64,000 nt of DNA, from positions 2,752,001 to 2,816,000 of the forward strand of contig OY771587.1 of assembly GCA_963674825.1 (NCBI GenBank), in the 5' to 3' direction. The stretch is from Candidatus Cloacimonadales bacterium. GTDB taxonomy: Bacteria > Cloacimonadota > Cloacimonadia > Cloacimonadales > JAIOQZ01. The notes beneath the pieces were generated by a model, which was given only the letters and a program-made list of their open reading frames with translations, was not told the origin of the DNA and searched no databases. Position 1 is the first letter of the stretch. Every line of letters starts with the position of its first letter. The position numbers were made by a program, and so were the translations under genes. Shown here in pieces: positions 49,949-61,000 of the stretch.

Positions 49949-51901
49949 TTACTCGTCGTCAACCACTTCGAAATCGGCGTCGACCGGTCCGTCATTCTTG
50001 GGCTGTTCCTGTTGCGTGCGCTGCTCGTGCGCCTGCTGGAAATCCTCGGGACCCGGCTGTGCTCCGCCTGGCTGCGCCTGTTCCTGCTGCATCTTTTGAT
50101 ACATGATCTCACCGATCTTCTGCGCTTTCTTGGCAAGCTCTTCCTTGGCCGCTTCGTAGTCTTCTTTCGTCTGTCCCTTTTCGAGCTTTTCTTTCGCTTC
50201 CTTGATCGCTTCTTCGATGTTCTTTACTTCATCATCGGAGAGCTGATCCTTGTAATCGCCAAGGCTCTTTTCAGTGCTGAAGATGAGCGTGTCGAGCTCG
50301 TTGCGGGAGGCAATGCTCTCTTTGCGCTTTTTATCTTCTTCAGCGTGAGCCTCGGCATCCTTGACCATGCGATCGATCTCATCTTCGTTCAATGAGCCGG
50401 TACGTTCGATCTTGACCGACTGCTCTTTACCGGTGCTCTTGTCCTTGGCCGAGACGTGCAGAATACCGTTGGCATCGATGTCGAAGGTGACCTCGATCTG
50501 TGGCATGCCGCGCGGTGCCGGCGGGATACCGACGAGGTCGAAACGACCCAGTGTACGATTGTCCTGTGCCATGGAACGTTCGCCCTGAAGCACATGGATG
50601 GACACCGCGGTCTGGTTGTCCGCCGCTGTCGAGAAAATCTGGCTCTTCTTGGTGGGGATGGTTGTGTTGCGCGGGATAAGCGCTGTCATCACGCCACCGA
50701 GGGTCTCGATACCCAGTGAAAGCGGAGTAACATCGAGAAGAAGGATGTTGTCGAGGTTTTCGTCGCCAGCAAGGATACCACCCTGAATCGCGGCGCCGAC
50801 GGCCACTACTTCATCCGGATTCACACTGCGATTCGGCTTTTTGCCGAAGAATTTTTCCACCGCTTCCTGAACGGCGGGGATACGCGTGCTACCGCCAACC
50901 AAAAGCACTTCGTCAACTTCACCGACGTTGAGGCCAGCGTCTTTGAGTGCGCTCTGGCACGGACGGATCGAGCGTTCGATGAGGTCCGCGGTCATGCGGT
51001 TGAACTGCGAACGGCTCAAGTTCAGGTTGAGGTGCTTGGGACCGGATGCGTCCGCCGTGATGAACGGTAGGTTGATGTCGGTGCTCTCGGTTCCGGAAAG
51101 CTCAATCTTGGCCTTTTCGGCTGCTTCTTTGAGGCGCTGCAGTGCCATGGGGTCACCTGCAAGGTCCACACCTTCGGCTTTCTTGAATTCCTGTACGATC
51201 CAGTCGATGATCTTCTTGTCGAAGTCGTCGCCGCCCAGGTGGGTGTCGCCGTTGGTGGAAAGCACTTCCACAACGCCTTCAGCGATGTCGAGGATCGAAA
51301 TATCGAAGGTTCCGCCGCCGAGGTCGTAAACCGCGACTTTCTCTTCCTTTTTATTCTCGAGACCATACGCAAGCGCTGCCGCTGTGGGCTCGTTGATGAT
51401 ACGCTTGACTTCGAGGCCGGCCACGCGGCCTGCGTCTTTGGTAGCCTGACGCTGAGCGTCGTTAAAGTATGCGGGAACCGTGATGACGGCTTCCTTGATT
51501 TCCTGACCGAGATAGGACTCGGCGGTCTCTTTCATTTTCTGCAGGACGAATGCCGAGATTTCCTGTGGAGTATATTCTTTCTGAGTATTCTCGATGTAAA
51601 CGGTTGCTTCGCCATTCTTGCCGCTGCGAACCGGGTAGCCCACGATCTCGAGTTCCGAGCCTACTTCGTTGATCTTGCGACCGACAAAGCGCTTGATCGA
51701 GGCGACTGTGTTCTTGGAGTTGGTGATTGCCTGACGCTTAGCGAGCTGGCCCACCAATTTCTGTCCGTCTTTGGAGAAGCCCACCACGGACGGGGTGGTG
51801 CGATTACCTTCCGCGTTGGTTATAACGACAGGCTTTCCGCCTTCCATCACCGCTACGCAAGAGTTGGTTGTTCCGAGGTCAATTCCTATGATCTTTCCCA
51901 T
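49949..51901 (-). CDS. dnaK: Chaperone DnaK (Hsp70)
   Basis: [44 protein letters not shown]. Confidence 0.99.
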   Translation of the reverse strand: MGKIIGIDLGTTNSCVAVMEGGKPVVITNAEGNRTTPSVVGFSKDGQKLVGQLAKRQAITNSKNTVASIKRFVGRKINEVGSELEIVGYPVRSGKNGEATVYIENTQKEYTPQEISAFVLQKMKETAESYLGQEIKEAVITVPAYFNDAQRQATKDAGRVAGLEVKRIINEPTAAALAYGLENKKEEKVAVYDLGGGTFDISILDIAEGVVEVLSTNGDTHLGGDDFDKKIIDWIVQEFKKAEGVDLAGDPMALQRLKEAAEKAKIELSGTESTDINLPFITADASGPKHLNLNLSRSQFNRMTADLIERSIRPCQSALKDAGLNVGEVDEVLLVGGSTRIPAVQEAVEKFFGKKPNRSVNPDEVVAVGAAIQGGILAGDENLDNILLLDVTPLSLGIETLGGVMTALIPRNTTIPTKKSQIFSTAADNQTAVSIHVLQGERSMAQDNRTLGRFDLVGIPPAPRGMPQIEVTFDIDANGILHVSAKDKSTGKEQSVKIERTGSLNEDEIDRMVKDAEAHAEEDKKRKESIASRNELDTLIFSTEKSLGDYKDQLSDDEVKNIEEAIKEAKEKLEKGQTKEDYEAAKEELAKKAQKIGEIMYQKMQQEQAQPGGAQPGPEDFQQAHEQRTQQEQPKNDGPVDADFEVVDDE

Positions 51902-51932
51902 GATCATTCCTCCTTATCTATTTTTTTTTGTT

Positions 51933-52520
51933 TTATGCATTGTTTTGAGTCGGCTTCTCGCCGTTCGAGACGATTACCTTGGCAGGGCGAATCACGCGAT
52001 TGTTCATGATATATCCGTTCTGGATAACCTGGCAAACGATGTCCGCGTCTTCGTCTGAAGGCATGTGTGCGATCGCGTCATGGAACATGGGATCGAATTC
52101 CTTGCCCATGGCTTCAATCTTTTCTACGCCTTCTTTCTTCAGCGTCGAGAGCATCTGCTGATGGATCAGCTCGACACCCTTGAGGAAGCTTTCGAACTGG
52201 TGTTCCTGCTTTCCGGCGTCCAGTGCGCGCTCGAAGTTGTCGACTACTTCGCAGATCTCCAGGACCAACTGCTGGGTCGCGTTCTTGATCCACTGCGCGC
52301 GCTCTTCCATGTTTCTGCGACGAAAGTTCTCGAATTCCGCCATCGTGCGCACATACTTATCTTTAAGCTGTTGATTCTCGCGCCGGAGTACGGTCAGTTC
52401 GTCTTCCTGAATCTCTTTCTCTTCCGATTCGTTCACGACCGGAATTTCAGTTTCTTCGATCTTATCATCTACAGGTTTGGCTTCCGCTTCCTGTGCCTTT
52501 TTCGTCTTGTCTTTTTTCAT
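51933..52520 (-). CDS. grpE: Nucleotide exchange factor GrpE
   Basis: AEFENFRRR, VDNFERAL, FDPMFHDA, GY....RVIRPAKV. Confidence 0.96.
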   Translation of the reverse strand: MKKDKTKKAQEAEAKPVDDKIEETEIPVVNESEEKEIQEDELTVLRRENQQLKDKYVRTMAEFENFRRRNMEERAQWIKNATQQLVLEICEVVDNFERALDAGKQEHQFESFLKGVELIHQQMLSTLKKEGVEKIEAMGKEFDPMFHDAIAHMPSDEDADIVCQVIQNGYIMNNRVIRPAKVIVSNGEKPTQNNA

Positions 52521-53565
52521 AACGTGGAACCATCATACCTTTTTTCGTCGTTTTCGTTATAACTTGCGCAATGTCCCGGATGATGGGGATGTTGCGCTCA
52601 TAGTCCATTCGGATCGGCGCCAGCACACCAATGTAGCCCGGAACATCGAAAATCTCGTAACGGGCGAAAACCAGCGCTACATCGTTGAAGTTAGGATGCC
52701 CCAGATCCTCGCCGATGAGTACGTGGAACGGCTTATCAGGGTGATGCTTTTCCATCAGCGAAATCAGGAAGTCCTGCTGCTGGATAAGGTTCAAGAAGCG
52801 CAGAATGTTGTGCTTCTCGTTGAACTCTGGCTGCTCCAGGAAGGTGATGTTGCTGTCGAAATGGATGAAATAGCTGCTGATCTCGATCATCACCTTGTGC
52901 AGCTCGCGCAGGAAAATCGATAGGAGCTGATTCTCCGAACCTTCTTCGTGATTCAGTTCGTCAAGATAATGGTGCATGATGTCGTAGATCCGAAGGCCCA
53001 TCAATTCATCGTTCGCGTAGCGTACCAGCACTCGGAGCTGTTGCTCGGTCAGGTCGTAGTCGGTATTCAGAATCACGGTCTTGTCCAGACCGGAATTCAA
53101 GCTGACCACAAAGAGCAGCTTTCGACTGCCGATGCGAAAGACTTCCAGCCGCTTCAGGAATCCGTAGGATATCTCCGGTTCTGCCACGAAACTGAGCTGG
53201 TCTGTTTCCTTTGCCAGGATACGCATGATGTAATGCAACGTCTGCGGCGTATCGCGGAAGTTCTTTACGATAAAGTCGCGCACTAGATGCGTTTTATCGT
53301 AGCTCTTTCTTCCGAGACCCGGTGTTATCATCTTCAGGTATTTACGGAAACCGAGTGTTGTTGGTACCCTTCCTGCCGATGTATGCGGCTGGTAGATCAG
53401 ATTTTTCTGCTCCAGCTTGTGCAGATCAATGCGAACCGTTGCCGGGCTGACATCAGGAACGTACTTACTGCATAGCAATCCGGATGCGACCGTATCGTTG
53501 GTTCTAATGAATTCCGAAACCAGTGATCGCAATACGACACCTTCGCGGATTTCATTCTTTTTCAT
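52465..53565 (-). CDS. hrcA: Heat-inducible transcription repressor HrcA
   Basis: VSPATVR.DL..LE, QPHTSAGRVPT..G.R, QPEF, G.IGVL.P.RMDY; first gene of the grpE-dnaK-dnaJ cluster. Confidence 0.95.
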   Translation of the reverse strand: MKKNEIREGVVLRSLVSEFIRTNDTVASGLLCSKYVPDVSPATVRIDLHKLEQKNLIYQPHTSAGRVPTTLGFRKYLKMITPGLGRKSYDKTHLVRDFIVKNFRDTPQTLHYIMRILAKETDQLSFVAEPEISYGFLKRLEVFRIGSRKLLFVVSLNSGLDKTVILNTDYDLTEQQLRVLVRYANDELMGLRIYDIMHHYLDELNHEEGSENQLLSIFLRELHKVMIEISSYFIHFDSNITFLEQPEFNEKHNILRFLNLIQQQDFLISLMEKHHPDKPFHVLIGEDLGHPNFNDVALVFARYEIFDVPGYIGVLAPIRMDYERNIPIIRDIAQVITKTTKKGMMVPRYEKRQDEKGTGSGSQTCR

Positions 53566-53595
53566 AACGTTAGCTCCTGTAAGCCGATAATTTCC

Positions 53596-53622
53596 TTAGC
53601 AGTCTCACTGATCGACCGCTAA
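53596..53622. promoter_or_regulatory. CIRCE operator variant
   Basis: TTAGCAGTC-N9-GACCGCTAA versus consensus TTAGCACTC-N9-GAGTGCTAA, 30 bp upstream of hrcA. Confidence 0.85.
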
Positions 53623-53631
53623 TTCGACAAC

Positions 53632-53660
53632 AAGATAATATCGGGCGGTAAAATTGTCAA
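53632..53660 (-). promoter_or_regulatory. Sigma70-type promoter of the hrcA operon
   Basis: TTGACA-17 nt-TATCTT on the minus strand, just upstream of CIRCE. Confidence 0.65.
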
Positions 53661-53847
53661 ACGAATTCTTTGACTGCTAATTTTATTTTCGGGAGGGTTC
53701 TGGAAAGGGATGAAAAGCAGCATGACCAGCTCCTGAACCTTGTACGCGGACGTCCTGTAAGCTTTGGCACAAAACCTGGAATCTTCAAAGGTCTGCAACT
53801 CTCCCCTGGGTACGCAGAGCTCCAAATATGCATCTCTAATTCCCTTT

Positions 53848-54025
53848 GGATCGCCAAGCTCTGTGATTTTCAGACGAAGTCTGATAAATCGAATCTTCCA
53901 AAGCTTGGCATTCTCCTTCATGAAGACGTCTCGTCTTCATCTCTTTTTCTCGGATCGCCAAGCCCTGTGATTTTCAGACGAAGTCTGATAAATCGAATCT
54001 TCCAAAGCTTGGCATCCCCCTTCAT
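53848..54025. repeat. Two 74-bp direct repeats (53848-53921, 53952-54025): REP-like stems with an inserted inner hairpin
   Basis: GGATCGCCAAGCYCTGTGATTTTCAGACGAAGTCTGATAAATCGAATCTTCCAAAGCTTGGCAT twice, 104 bp apart. Confidence 0.9.
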
Positions 54026-54079
54026 TAGTCATCCACCGCACATGAAATCAACATTCTGAAGATGATTTCACAAAGAAAA

Positions 54080-54310
54080 GGGCAGACACAGTGGTCTGCC
54101 CCTACAGCCACCCATGGTACTAAGGCACACTTGCCTGCATCTCTCTCCCTCGTTACGACGCAGGAGCATATCGAAGCGCGACACAACCATTCATAAAATC
54201 GACATTCGGAAGATTATACCGCAGGAACACAGGTTAGGCAGGAAAACATGCGGACGAGGACGTCCGCGCTCCATGAAGAGAAAGGGCAGACACAGTGGTC
54301 TGCCCCTACA
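54080..54310. repeat. REP cluster: two identical GTAG-tagged palindromes (54080-54106, 54284-54310) and one GCGGACG palindrome (54249-54273)
   Basis: Minus strand TGTAGGGGCAGACCACTGTGTCTGCCC twice; TGGAGCGCGGACGTCCTCGTCCGCA once. Confidence 0.85.
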
Positions 54311-54335
54311 GAAGAAACGTTTAGCAGATATAGCC

Positions 54336-57293
54336 CTACATCTTGATAATAACGGCTGTGAGAGGGTCGAGGACGAGCTTGCTGTCGGACTCGAACCGGA
54401 AGCCGGTTGGCTTCTTGATGGGAGAGATGCCTGCTTCGTCCTGATCGACGATGACGGTGCCGCTCTTCAGGTTGATGTTGCTGATGAATTCGCGTGCACG
54501 GCTGTCACAGTTAACAATCACATGGTAATCTGTGCCGTCTGTGGCCGTGCAGGTGTATGCGATGAGAAGATCGTTGGGTTTGACACTACCGCTGGGGATG
54601 CGCTTGACATTGGATCTGACGAGACCTGCGTCGCCGAGACGGAATGCGTCTGTGGAGCGTCTGAGCGCGATCAGACCGCGCGTGTACTCCATGGTCGTCT
54701 TATGCATGCCGGGCTTTTCTACTTTATCCCAGTCAAACTTGTTGATGATATCCGAGGAATCGTAGGAGTTATCGACGAACCATGGGTTATGGAATCCCGG
54801 TACGTTGGTAGCGCAAGACGATGGTGTGCTTTGTGCAAGCCACTGCTTGGTTCGGCCGTATTCTTGCCCGGCGTGCAGGAAGGCGATTCCCTGGCTGGTG
54901 AGGATGAGTGCGTTTCCGAGCCGGATGCGCAACTGGATGTTGAATTCATTCTGCAGGATAGCCGGATCTTTGCGAATGGACTGCGCGATGACATCGTGCA
55001 ATGTGAGGTTGTCATGTGCGGCGATGTATTGGACAACGTCACCGGGTTCGTCGGCAGTGCTGTTTCCGGGGCGTCCGCAGAGGTTGTTGAAAATAACGTC
55101 GATGTTACGCGCACCGCCCGTGATAAAGCGTGGCTGTCCTTCACTGCCGAAACCCGATTTGAGTTCGTTTCGAATTTCGTCTGAGAAGCATGCCGCTGCG
55201 TTTGTCTGGTTCATCCAGTCCTGGTCGGCAGGTGTTCTGGGATCGCCGTCGTCACCGGTGTAGGTTCTCCAGCCTTCGCCTACAAAGATCATAACGGGAT
55301 TAATCTCTTGTGCCTGGTCGAAAGCCATTTGCACGGTTTCGGCGTCGAGATCGCCCATGAGATCGAAACGGAAGCCATCGACCTTGTATTCCTTTACCCA
55401 GTGCAGAATCGAATCGATGACCAGCTTACGGGTCATGGCGTGGGTCGTGCCAGGACGTCCGCCGCCGTAGCTCGATTTCGGGTTGCCCTGTGCGTCCATG
55501 AAGTGGTAGTAGCCGGGTACGATGTCTTCGAGGATGGACATGCGCGCGGTGTGGTTGTAAACACAGTCGAGGATCACGCCCATGCCGCGCTGGTGAATGG
55601 CGTCGATCAGCATCTTGAGCTCTTCGATGCGTTTTTCGGGGTCGGCCGGATCGGTGCTGTACATGCCTTCGGGCGAAAAGTAGCTGAATGGGTCGTAACC
55701 CCAGTTGTAGTTGTTTCCCTGCGTGGAATATTCCATTTCACGAGTGCCGTTGATGAGCTCGTTTCCGAAGTAGTAGTTCATCACGGGGAGAAGCTGTACG
55801 TGAGTGACGCCGAGGTCTTTCACGTAGTCGAGTTTCTCGATGAACGCCGTGTAGGTTCCGAACTGCGCTTCGGTCTGGATATCGGGATCGGAAGTGAAGT
55901 CGCGCACGTGAATCTCCCAGATGATGGCATCTTCGCGTTTACTGTACCCCGGAATTTTCGCGTATGACAGTTTCGGTCCGATCGAGGTGGTGTTTACTAC
56001 CGCGCCTTTGCCTATCGGGTCGCTGCCGTCAGTGGCTGCCATCGATTTCGCGTATGGATCCAGGACGATCTTTTCTTCGCCACCGTTGACAACGCTGTAG
56101 TTGTAAAAGACTTTGCGGATATCCTTTGTGACCTCAGTCGTCCATACACCCTTCTCCATCCGCTTCATAGCGACAGTTTCGTATGGTGTGGTGTCGCTAC
56201 CGTGGTGGTAGAGGTTCAGGGTGACACTCGAGGCGAGTGGAGCCCACAGCTTGAAAGTAGTCTTCTGCGGTGAGTAGAAACAGCCGAGTTCGCCATCGTA
56301 GGTGTAGAGTCCGTCGATGCTCTGCCAGCTAACGGATGTTCCTGCCTTCATATCGCCACTTTGGATGGTATAAGATGTAGCTATATCCAGCTTTTCGGCG
56401 GTATCAATCCTGTAAACGGTATCCGTAATCTTTTCAATCTTCTTTACTTTCAGCGCTTTACCGTCAGAGGTAACGCTAACGGGCTGGTCGTTCGACATCC
56501 TGAATTCAACCTCAATCTGATTGTCACCGGTGAGGATGGCGCGTGTGATTTTATTTCCCATGTTTTTCTTCGCTTCTGCAAGTGTTGTATAGGTAGTTGG
56601 GTCTTCGGTGATGCTCCAGGTTTCCTTGTTTCGTGAAGGACTAGGGTAGAAACGATCACCGTCCGGGTCTTTCTGATCGCCTTTATGGATGATATATTTG
56701 ATGCTGCCGGCACCCTTGTAGGGGATTTCCCAGTAAACTCCGGTTTCTGACGTTCCCGCAGGCTTGAGTGGGTTCGTCCATTGCGTTTCGCCGCCCTCGA
56801 AGCCGGTTCCCCATACGTGCAGACCCCATCCGGCGTAATTACCGTCAAAACGGAAATAATGCAGCTTGAGGGTCTCCGGTTCGAGGTCGCTTCCTACAAC
56901 AGCACCGACGAAATTCTCTTCGGCTTCTTTACGTGTGGTATAGGTCATGGGATCATCTGTGACAGCCCACGCCTGTCGATTCCCGGCGGGATCGGGAAAG
57001 ACACGATCGCCATCCGGATCTTTCTGGTCACCCTTGTGGATGATGAAGTTGATGGTCCCGATTCCATCCCATGGGATCTTCCAGAATACACCGTAGTCGG
57101 TTGTGCCGGCCTGAAGCATGGGTTTTGACCAGTCAACCGGCTGACCGAAATAACCATCGCCCCAAACGTGAAGCCCCCAGCCATCGTAGTTTCCGTCGTA
57201 GCGATGGTAGTTGAGGATCAGTGTCTCTTCAGCCGCAAGCATGGAACTGCATGCGATTGCAAGGCATAAAATCGCAATTGCGTGTTTATTCAT
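54336..57293 (-). CDS. Secreted pullulanase (GH13) with two N-terminal CBM41-like modules and CBM48
   Basis: Signal peptide; two HY.R.DGNY.GWGLHVWG repeats; FKLWAP; YNWGYDP, DGFRFDLM, GEGW, AHDN; GAGG RBS before ATG 57293. Confidence 0.93.
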   Translation of the reverse strand: MNKHAIAILCLAIACSSMLAAEETLILNYHRYDGNYDGWGLHVWGDGYFGQPVDWSKPMLQAGTTDYGVFWKIPWDGIGTINFIIHKGDQKDPDGDRVFPDPAGNRQAWAVTDDPMTYTTRKEAEENFVGAVVGSDLEPETLKLHYFRFDGNYAGWGLHVWGTGFEGGETQWTNPLKPAGTSETGVYWEIPYKGAGSIKYIIHKGDQKDPDGDRFYPSPSRNKETWSITEDPTTYTTLAEAKKNMGNKITRAILTGDNQIEVEFRMSNDQPVSVTSDGKALKVKKIEKITDTVYRIDTAEKLDIATSYTIQSGDMKAGTSVSWQSIDGLYTYDGELGCFYSPQKTTFKLWAPLASSVTLNLYHHGSDTTPYETVAMKRMEKGVWTTEVTKDIRKVFYNYSVVNGGEEKIVLDPYAKSMAATDGSDPIGKGAVVNTTSIGPKLSYAKIPGYSKREDAIIWEIHVRDFTSDPDIQTEAQFGTYTAFIEKLDYVKDLGVTHVQLLPVMNYYFGNELINGTREMEYSTQGNNYNWGYDPFSYFSPEGMYSTDPADPEKRIEELKMLIDAIHQRGMGVILDCVYNHTARMSILEDIVPGYYHFMDAQGNPKSSYGGGRPGTTHAMTRKLVIDSILHWVKEYKVDGFRFDLMGDLDAETVQMAFDQAQEINPVMIFVGEGWRTYTGDDGDPRTPADQDWMNQTNAAACFSDEIRNELKSGFGSEGQPRFITGGARNIDVIFNNLCGRPGNSTADEPGDVVQYIAAHDNLTLHDVIAQSIRKDPAILQNEFNIQLRIRLGNALILTSQGIAFLHAGQEYGRTKQWLAQSTPSSCATNVPGFHNPWFVDNSYDSSDIINKFDWDKVEKPGMHKTTMEYTRGLIALRRSTDAFRLGDAGLVRSNVKRIPSGSVKPNDLLIAYTCTATDGTDYHVIVNCDSRAREFISNINLKSGTVIVDQDEAGISPIKKPTGFRFESDSKLVLDPLTAVIIKM

Positions 57294-57415
57294 AATTACC
57301 TCTTGTGTTTTATTCTTTCTCTCTCGCACACGATGGCATGGACAGGAAAAAGGATCAAGGAAAAAAGCTTGTTCTTTTCATATTTACATTTATTCTGACA
57401 CAATAAGGAGAATCG

Positions 57416-58060
57416 ATGAAAATCACGATCTGCTACGACAACACTTCGCAATACGATCATCTTGTGTGCGACTGGGGTTTCTCCTGTATCGTGGAGACAG
57501 CTGGAAGAACTATCCTCTTCGACACCGGTGGCAACGGAAAGATTCTGCTTGAGAATCTCCGGCGTATGAACATCGACCCAGCTTCGTTTGACGATATTTT
57601 TATCTCACACCCCGACTTCGATCATATCGGTGGCCTTTCGCATATCCTCAACGAAAACGACAGGGCGATTATACATAATCCGCAATCATTCCGTGGCGTT
57701 CGATATAAAAACGAAGTGAAATACTACGGTGCGCCTGCGGTGATCTACGACAATATCTTCACGACCGGAGAACAGGGGAACCGTGAGCAATCGATGGTGA
57801 TCGTTGAAAACGATACTGCGGTAGTGATCATCGGTTGTGGACATCCCGGCTTGCGCAGGATCCTGTATATTACGCGCGGGATAACGGGAATCGATCAGGT
57901 GATTATCGTGGGTGGACTGCACGATTTTGATGAACTTGAGGTTCTTGAGCCTATCAAGAAGGTTTGCCCTACGCATTGTACTCGCAGAGCTTCTGAAATC
58001 AAGAAGCTCTATCCAGAGAAATTTCTCGAAGGTGGTGTCGGAACCGTGCTCGTTTTCTGA
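57416..58060 (+). CDS. MBL-fold metallo-hydrolase
   Basis: WGFSC.VE, ILFDTG, SHPDFDHIGG, GCGHPG, GGLH, PTHCT; AAGGAG RBS. Confidence 0.88.
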   Translation: MKITICYDNTSQYDHLVCDWGFSCIVETAGRTILFDTGGNGKILLENLRRMNIDPASFDDIFISHPDFDHIGGLSHILNENDRAIIHNPQSFRGVRYKNEVKYYGAPAVIYDNIFTTGEQGNREQSMVIVENDTAVVIIGCGHPGLRRILYITRGITGIDQVIIVGGLHDFDELEVLEPIKKVCPTHCTRRASEIKKLYPEKFLEGGVGTVLVF

Positions 58061-61000
58061 TTATTCGCTCAGGATTTCTCGGATTTTAGTAGCGATATCC
58101 TTTATTGTGAACGGTTTTGAGATGAAATTGATCCCGGAATCGAGAACACCATGATGGGATATAACATTCGAAGTATAGCCGGACATGAAGAGGCAACTGA
58201 TATCCGGCTTGCGTTCCCGCAAACTGTCCCAAAGATCTCTTCCACTCATGACAGGCATGATGACATCTGTTACCAGCAAATCAAGCTTATCAATGGTTTC
58301 GAATGCATTCAGCGCTTTCTCTGGATCGTTAAAAGCAATGACCTTGTAGCCGAGTTTTTCAAGCTGTAGCTTGGTCAGAGCGAGGAGCTGCTCAGAATCT
58401 TCCACCAGCAGGATCGTCTCGACTCCCTTCGGTGGTTTGATCCTCTTCGGCGTTTCTACGAAAGTGCCGGGTTCGGTGTAAGCTGGTAAATAGATCCGGA
58501 AGGTTGTGCCTTTCCCGACTTCGCTATAGACGTTGATATTGCCTTGATTCTGCTTCACAATACCATACACGGTTGCCAACCCTAATCCAGTTCCTTTGCC
58601 AACATCTTTGGTGGTGAAGAACGGCTCGTAGATCTTGTCGAGATTCTTTTTTCTAATTCCTTTCCCAGTGTCGCTGACCGAGATCACGATGTAGTTACCC
58701 TGTTTCAGCTCAAACTGGGCCAGCTTCTCCTCGTCATCCAGATAGAGCATGGACGTTTCAATTCCGATTGTTCCGTTTCCGGGAATTGCGTCACGGGCAT
58801 TGACGCAGAGATTCATCAATAGCTGGTTAATCTGCGAAGGATCCATCTTCACTGGAAGCATCTTCTCGCCGGGTTGCCAGAGGAGTTCGATGTCTTCGCC
58901 GATCAGGCGTTTAAGCATTCTGTAGGTTTCGTCGATCAGCGTATTGATTCGGATTACTTTTGGTTCGATAGTCTGTTTCCGCGAGAAAGCCAGCAACTGG
59001 TACGTCAGCTCTGCTGAACGTTTGGCGGCGGACTTGATTTCTTCCAGGAAATCTCTCATTTCGCTTTCGAGCTCGTACTCGTCCAGCAGGATATCGGAGT
59101 AGCCGAGAATTGTCTGCAGCATGTTGTTGAAATCGTGCGCCACACCACCGGCAAGCCGTCCGATCGCTTCCAGTTTCCTTGCTTCCTGTAATTGCTTCTC
59201 GAGGGCATTCTTTTGCCGTACATTTTGCATCATGTTAAGCGCGTAGGCTACATCGTCTGCAAGTTCAACGATCAGCAATTCTTCTTCTTTATCTGCGATA
59301 ATATCGCTCTCCATAATCACATGCAGGATGCCGAACAGGTTTTCGTTGTGCTCAAGCTTGATAACAAACGACTGCGATCCCTCAAACTCCGGGATCAATG
59401 GGCAGGATGGGCAACTCTCAGCTTCGCCGGTCATGCAGTAGAATCGTCCTTTGTTCAAGGCGGTACGGTAGCATACAGGTATGGTTCTCTGTTCGAAAAC
59501 GGAGGTCATGATCTCCAAAGGCCTCTCCTGGCCAGCTGTAAACCACTTGTCGGGCTTCTGTTGCTCGTCGATGAGGACAATCATAGCATTGCGATAGCTC
59601 TGATTCTGAACAAGAATACCACAAGCGCTTTTAATCAGCATATCCGCATTTGTCTCATGAACGATCAATTGATTTACATCGCGAATGGAGCGGAGGACAC
59701 GATTCAGGTGATCGATGCGAAACTCGGCCTTTTTTCGGACGGTTACATTTGTTGTGAGGATCACCAATCCTTCTTCTGAAGGCTGAACGCTGAACAGAAA
59801 CCACTCACTGGTATTGTCCGGATATCTGAAATCGTATTCGAAGTGATCAGGTTTACCTTTCTCGACGCATGCCCGGAACCTTTTGTATAGTTCTGTTTCA
59901 TCAAATCCCGGATACATTTCGAGGACTGATTTACCCAAGAATTCATCTATAGGATATCTGCCGTATTCGGCAGCTTTCTGATTGATATAGACATATCGCC
60001 AGTCTTTATCGAGGATCTGGAAGCCTTCGATCAACGAATCGATCGTGCGTTTGTATTTATCTTTCTCCCGAAGCAATGCGCCCTGCATTTCAACCTGCTC
60101 TGCCAGAGCCGTGTTTCGCTGCCTGCGCCAGACAAGCTCGATTATGAATGCTGCAGCAAGTAACAGGATAACTTGTGATGAAATAAGGAGCCAGAGCCGT
60201 TGCTTGAGAGGTCGATAGGCTTCATTCGTTTCGATCTGCGCCAGAATGTACCAGTTATCCTCAGGTACCTTTGCCAGCATTGCATTGACATGTTTCCCAT
60301 CGTTACTCAGGCCTTCCATGAGGCCCAACTTACCATCAATAATATCGCAGGTAATGAAGGCTGGATCATCATAACCGACATCCATGCAGGAGAAGAAGGA
60401 TGAGTCTGAATCAACGGCGGTATCGACGATAATCTTGAATTGCTCTCTGCGTAGACGTAACAGGCTCAGTCTGCTTGTCTTGTATGGACTCGGCCAGTTC
60501 AGAAGGTTGGGAAGCAAGGTCGCGCTTGGGTTGATTGTCATGCAGAGAGTACCAAGCGGTTTTCTGGATTCATTGGAGTATATAGGGCTGAGCACGGCTA
60601 ATTCAAGCATATCGTTTTCGTTTTTGTAGAAATCTACAAATACGACTTGATCTTCCTGGATCGCTCTCTGCGCATTTTCGATGATCGCAAAAGGCACGTT
60701 ATGCTGGTGTTCGGGGGCATCCTGAATGAGCTTTCCTTTTGTATCGAGCATGAATACATGATCGTAGATGTGAGCATTGCGCTCGATCCACATACGTTCT
60801 CTAAGATCATTCTTTTTCCGGGGATTGTTCATGTCTTGTAGGGCGGATTCAACAAGTTTGGCAAAGTTGTCGTTGTGGTAATACACAGCAGCATCACCTG
60901 TGCGTTCGTTCATCCAGTTGACGAGTTCATTAACTTTGAGGTTGGTGATTGAGATAAGCTGTTCCGTGATGTTATGCCTGAGGAGATTCCGGTAAGTACG

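Noticed and set aside
53848..54310. Mini-CRISPR array
   Set aside because: Only pairs of repeats from different families with irregular spacing; better explained as a REP cluster.
57416..58060. Beta-lactamase/resistance call for the MBL-fold gene
   Set aside because: No signal peptide and a variant HPDFDH motif; it resembles generic cytoplasmic MBL-fold hydrolases.
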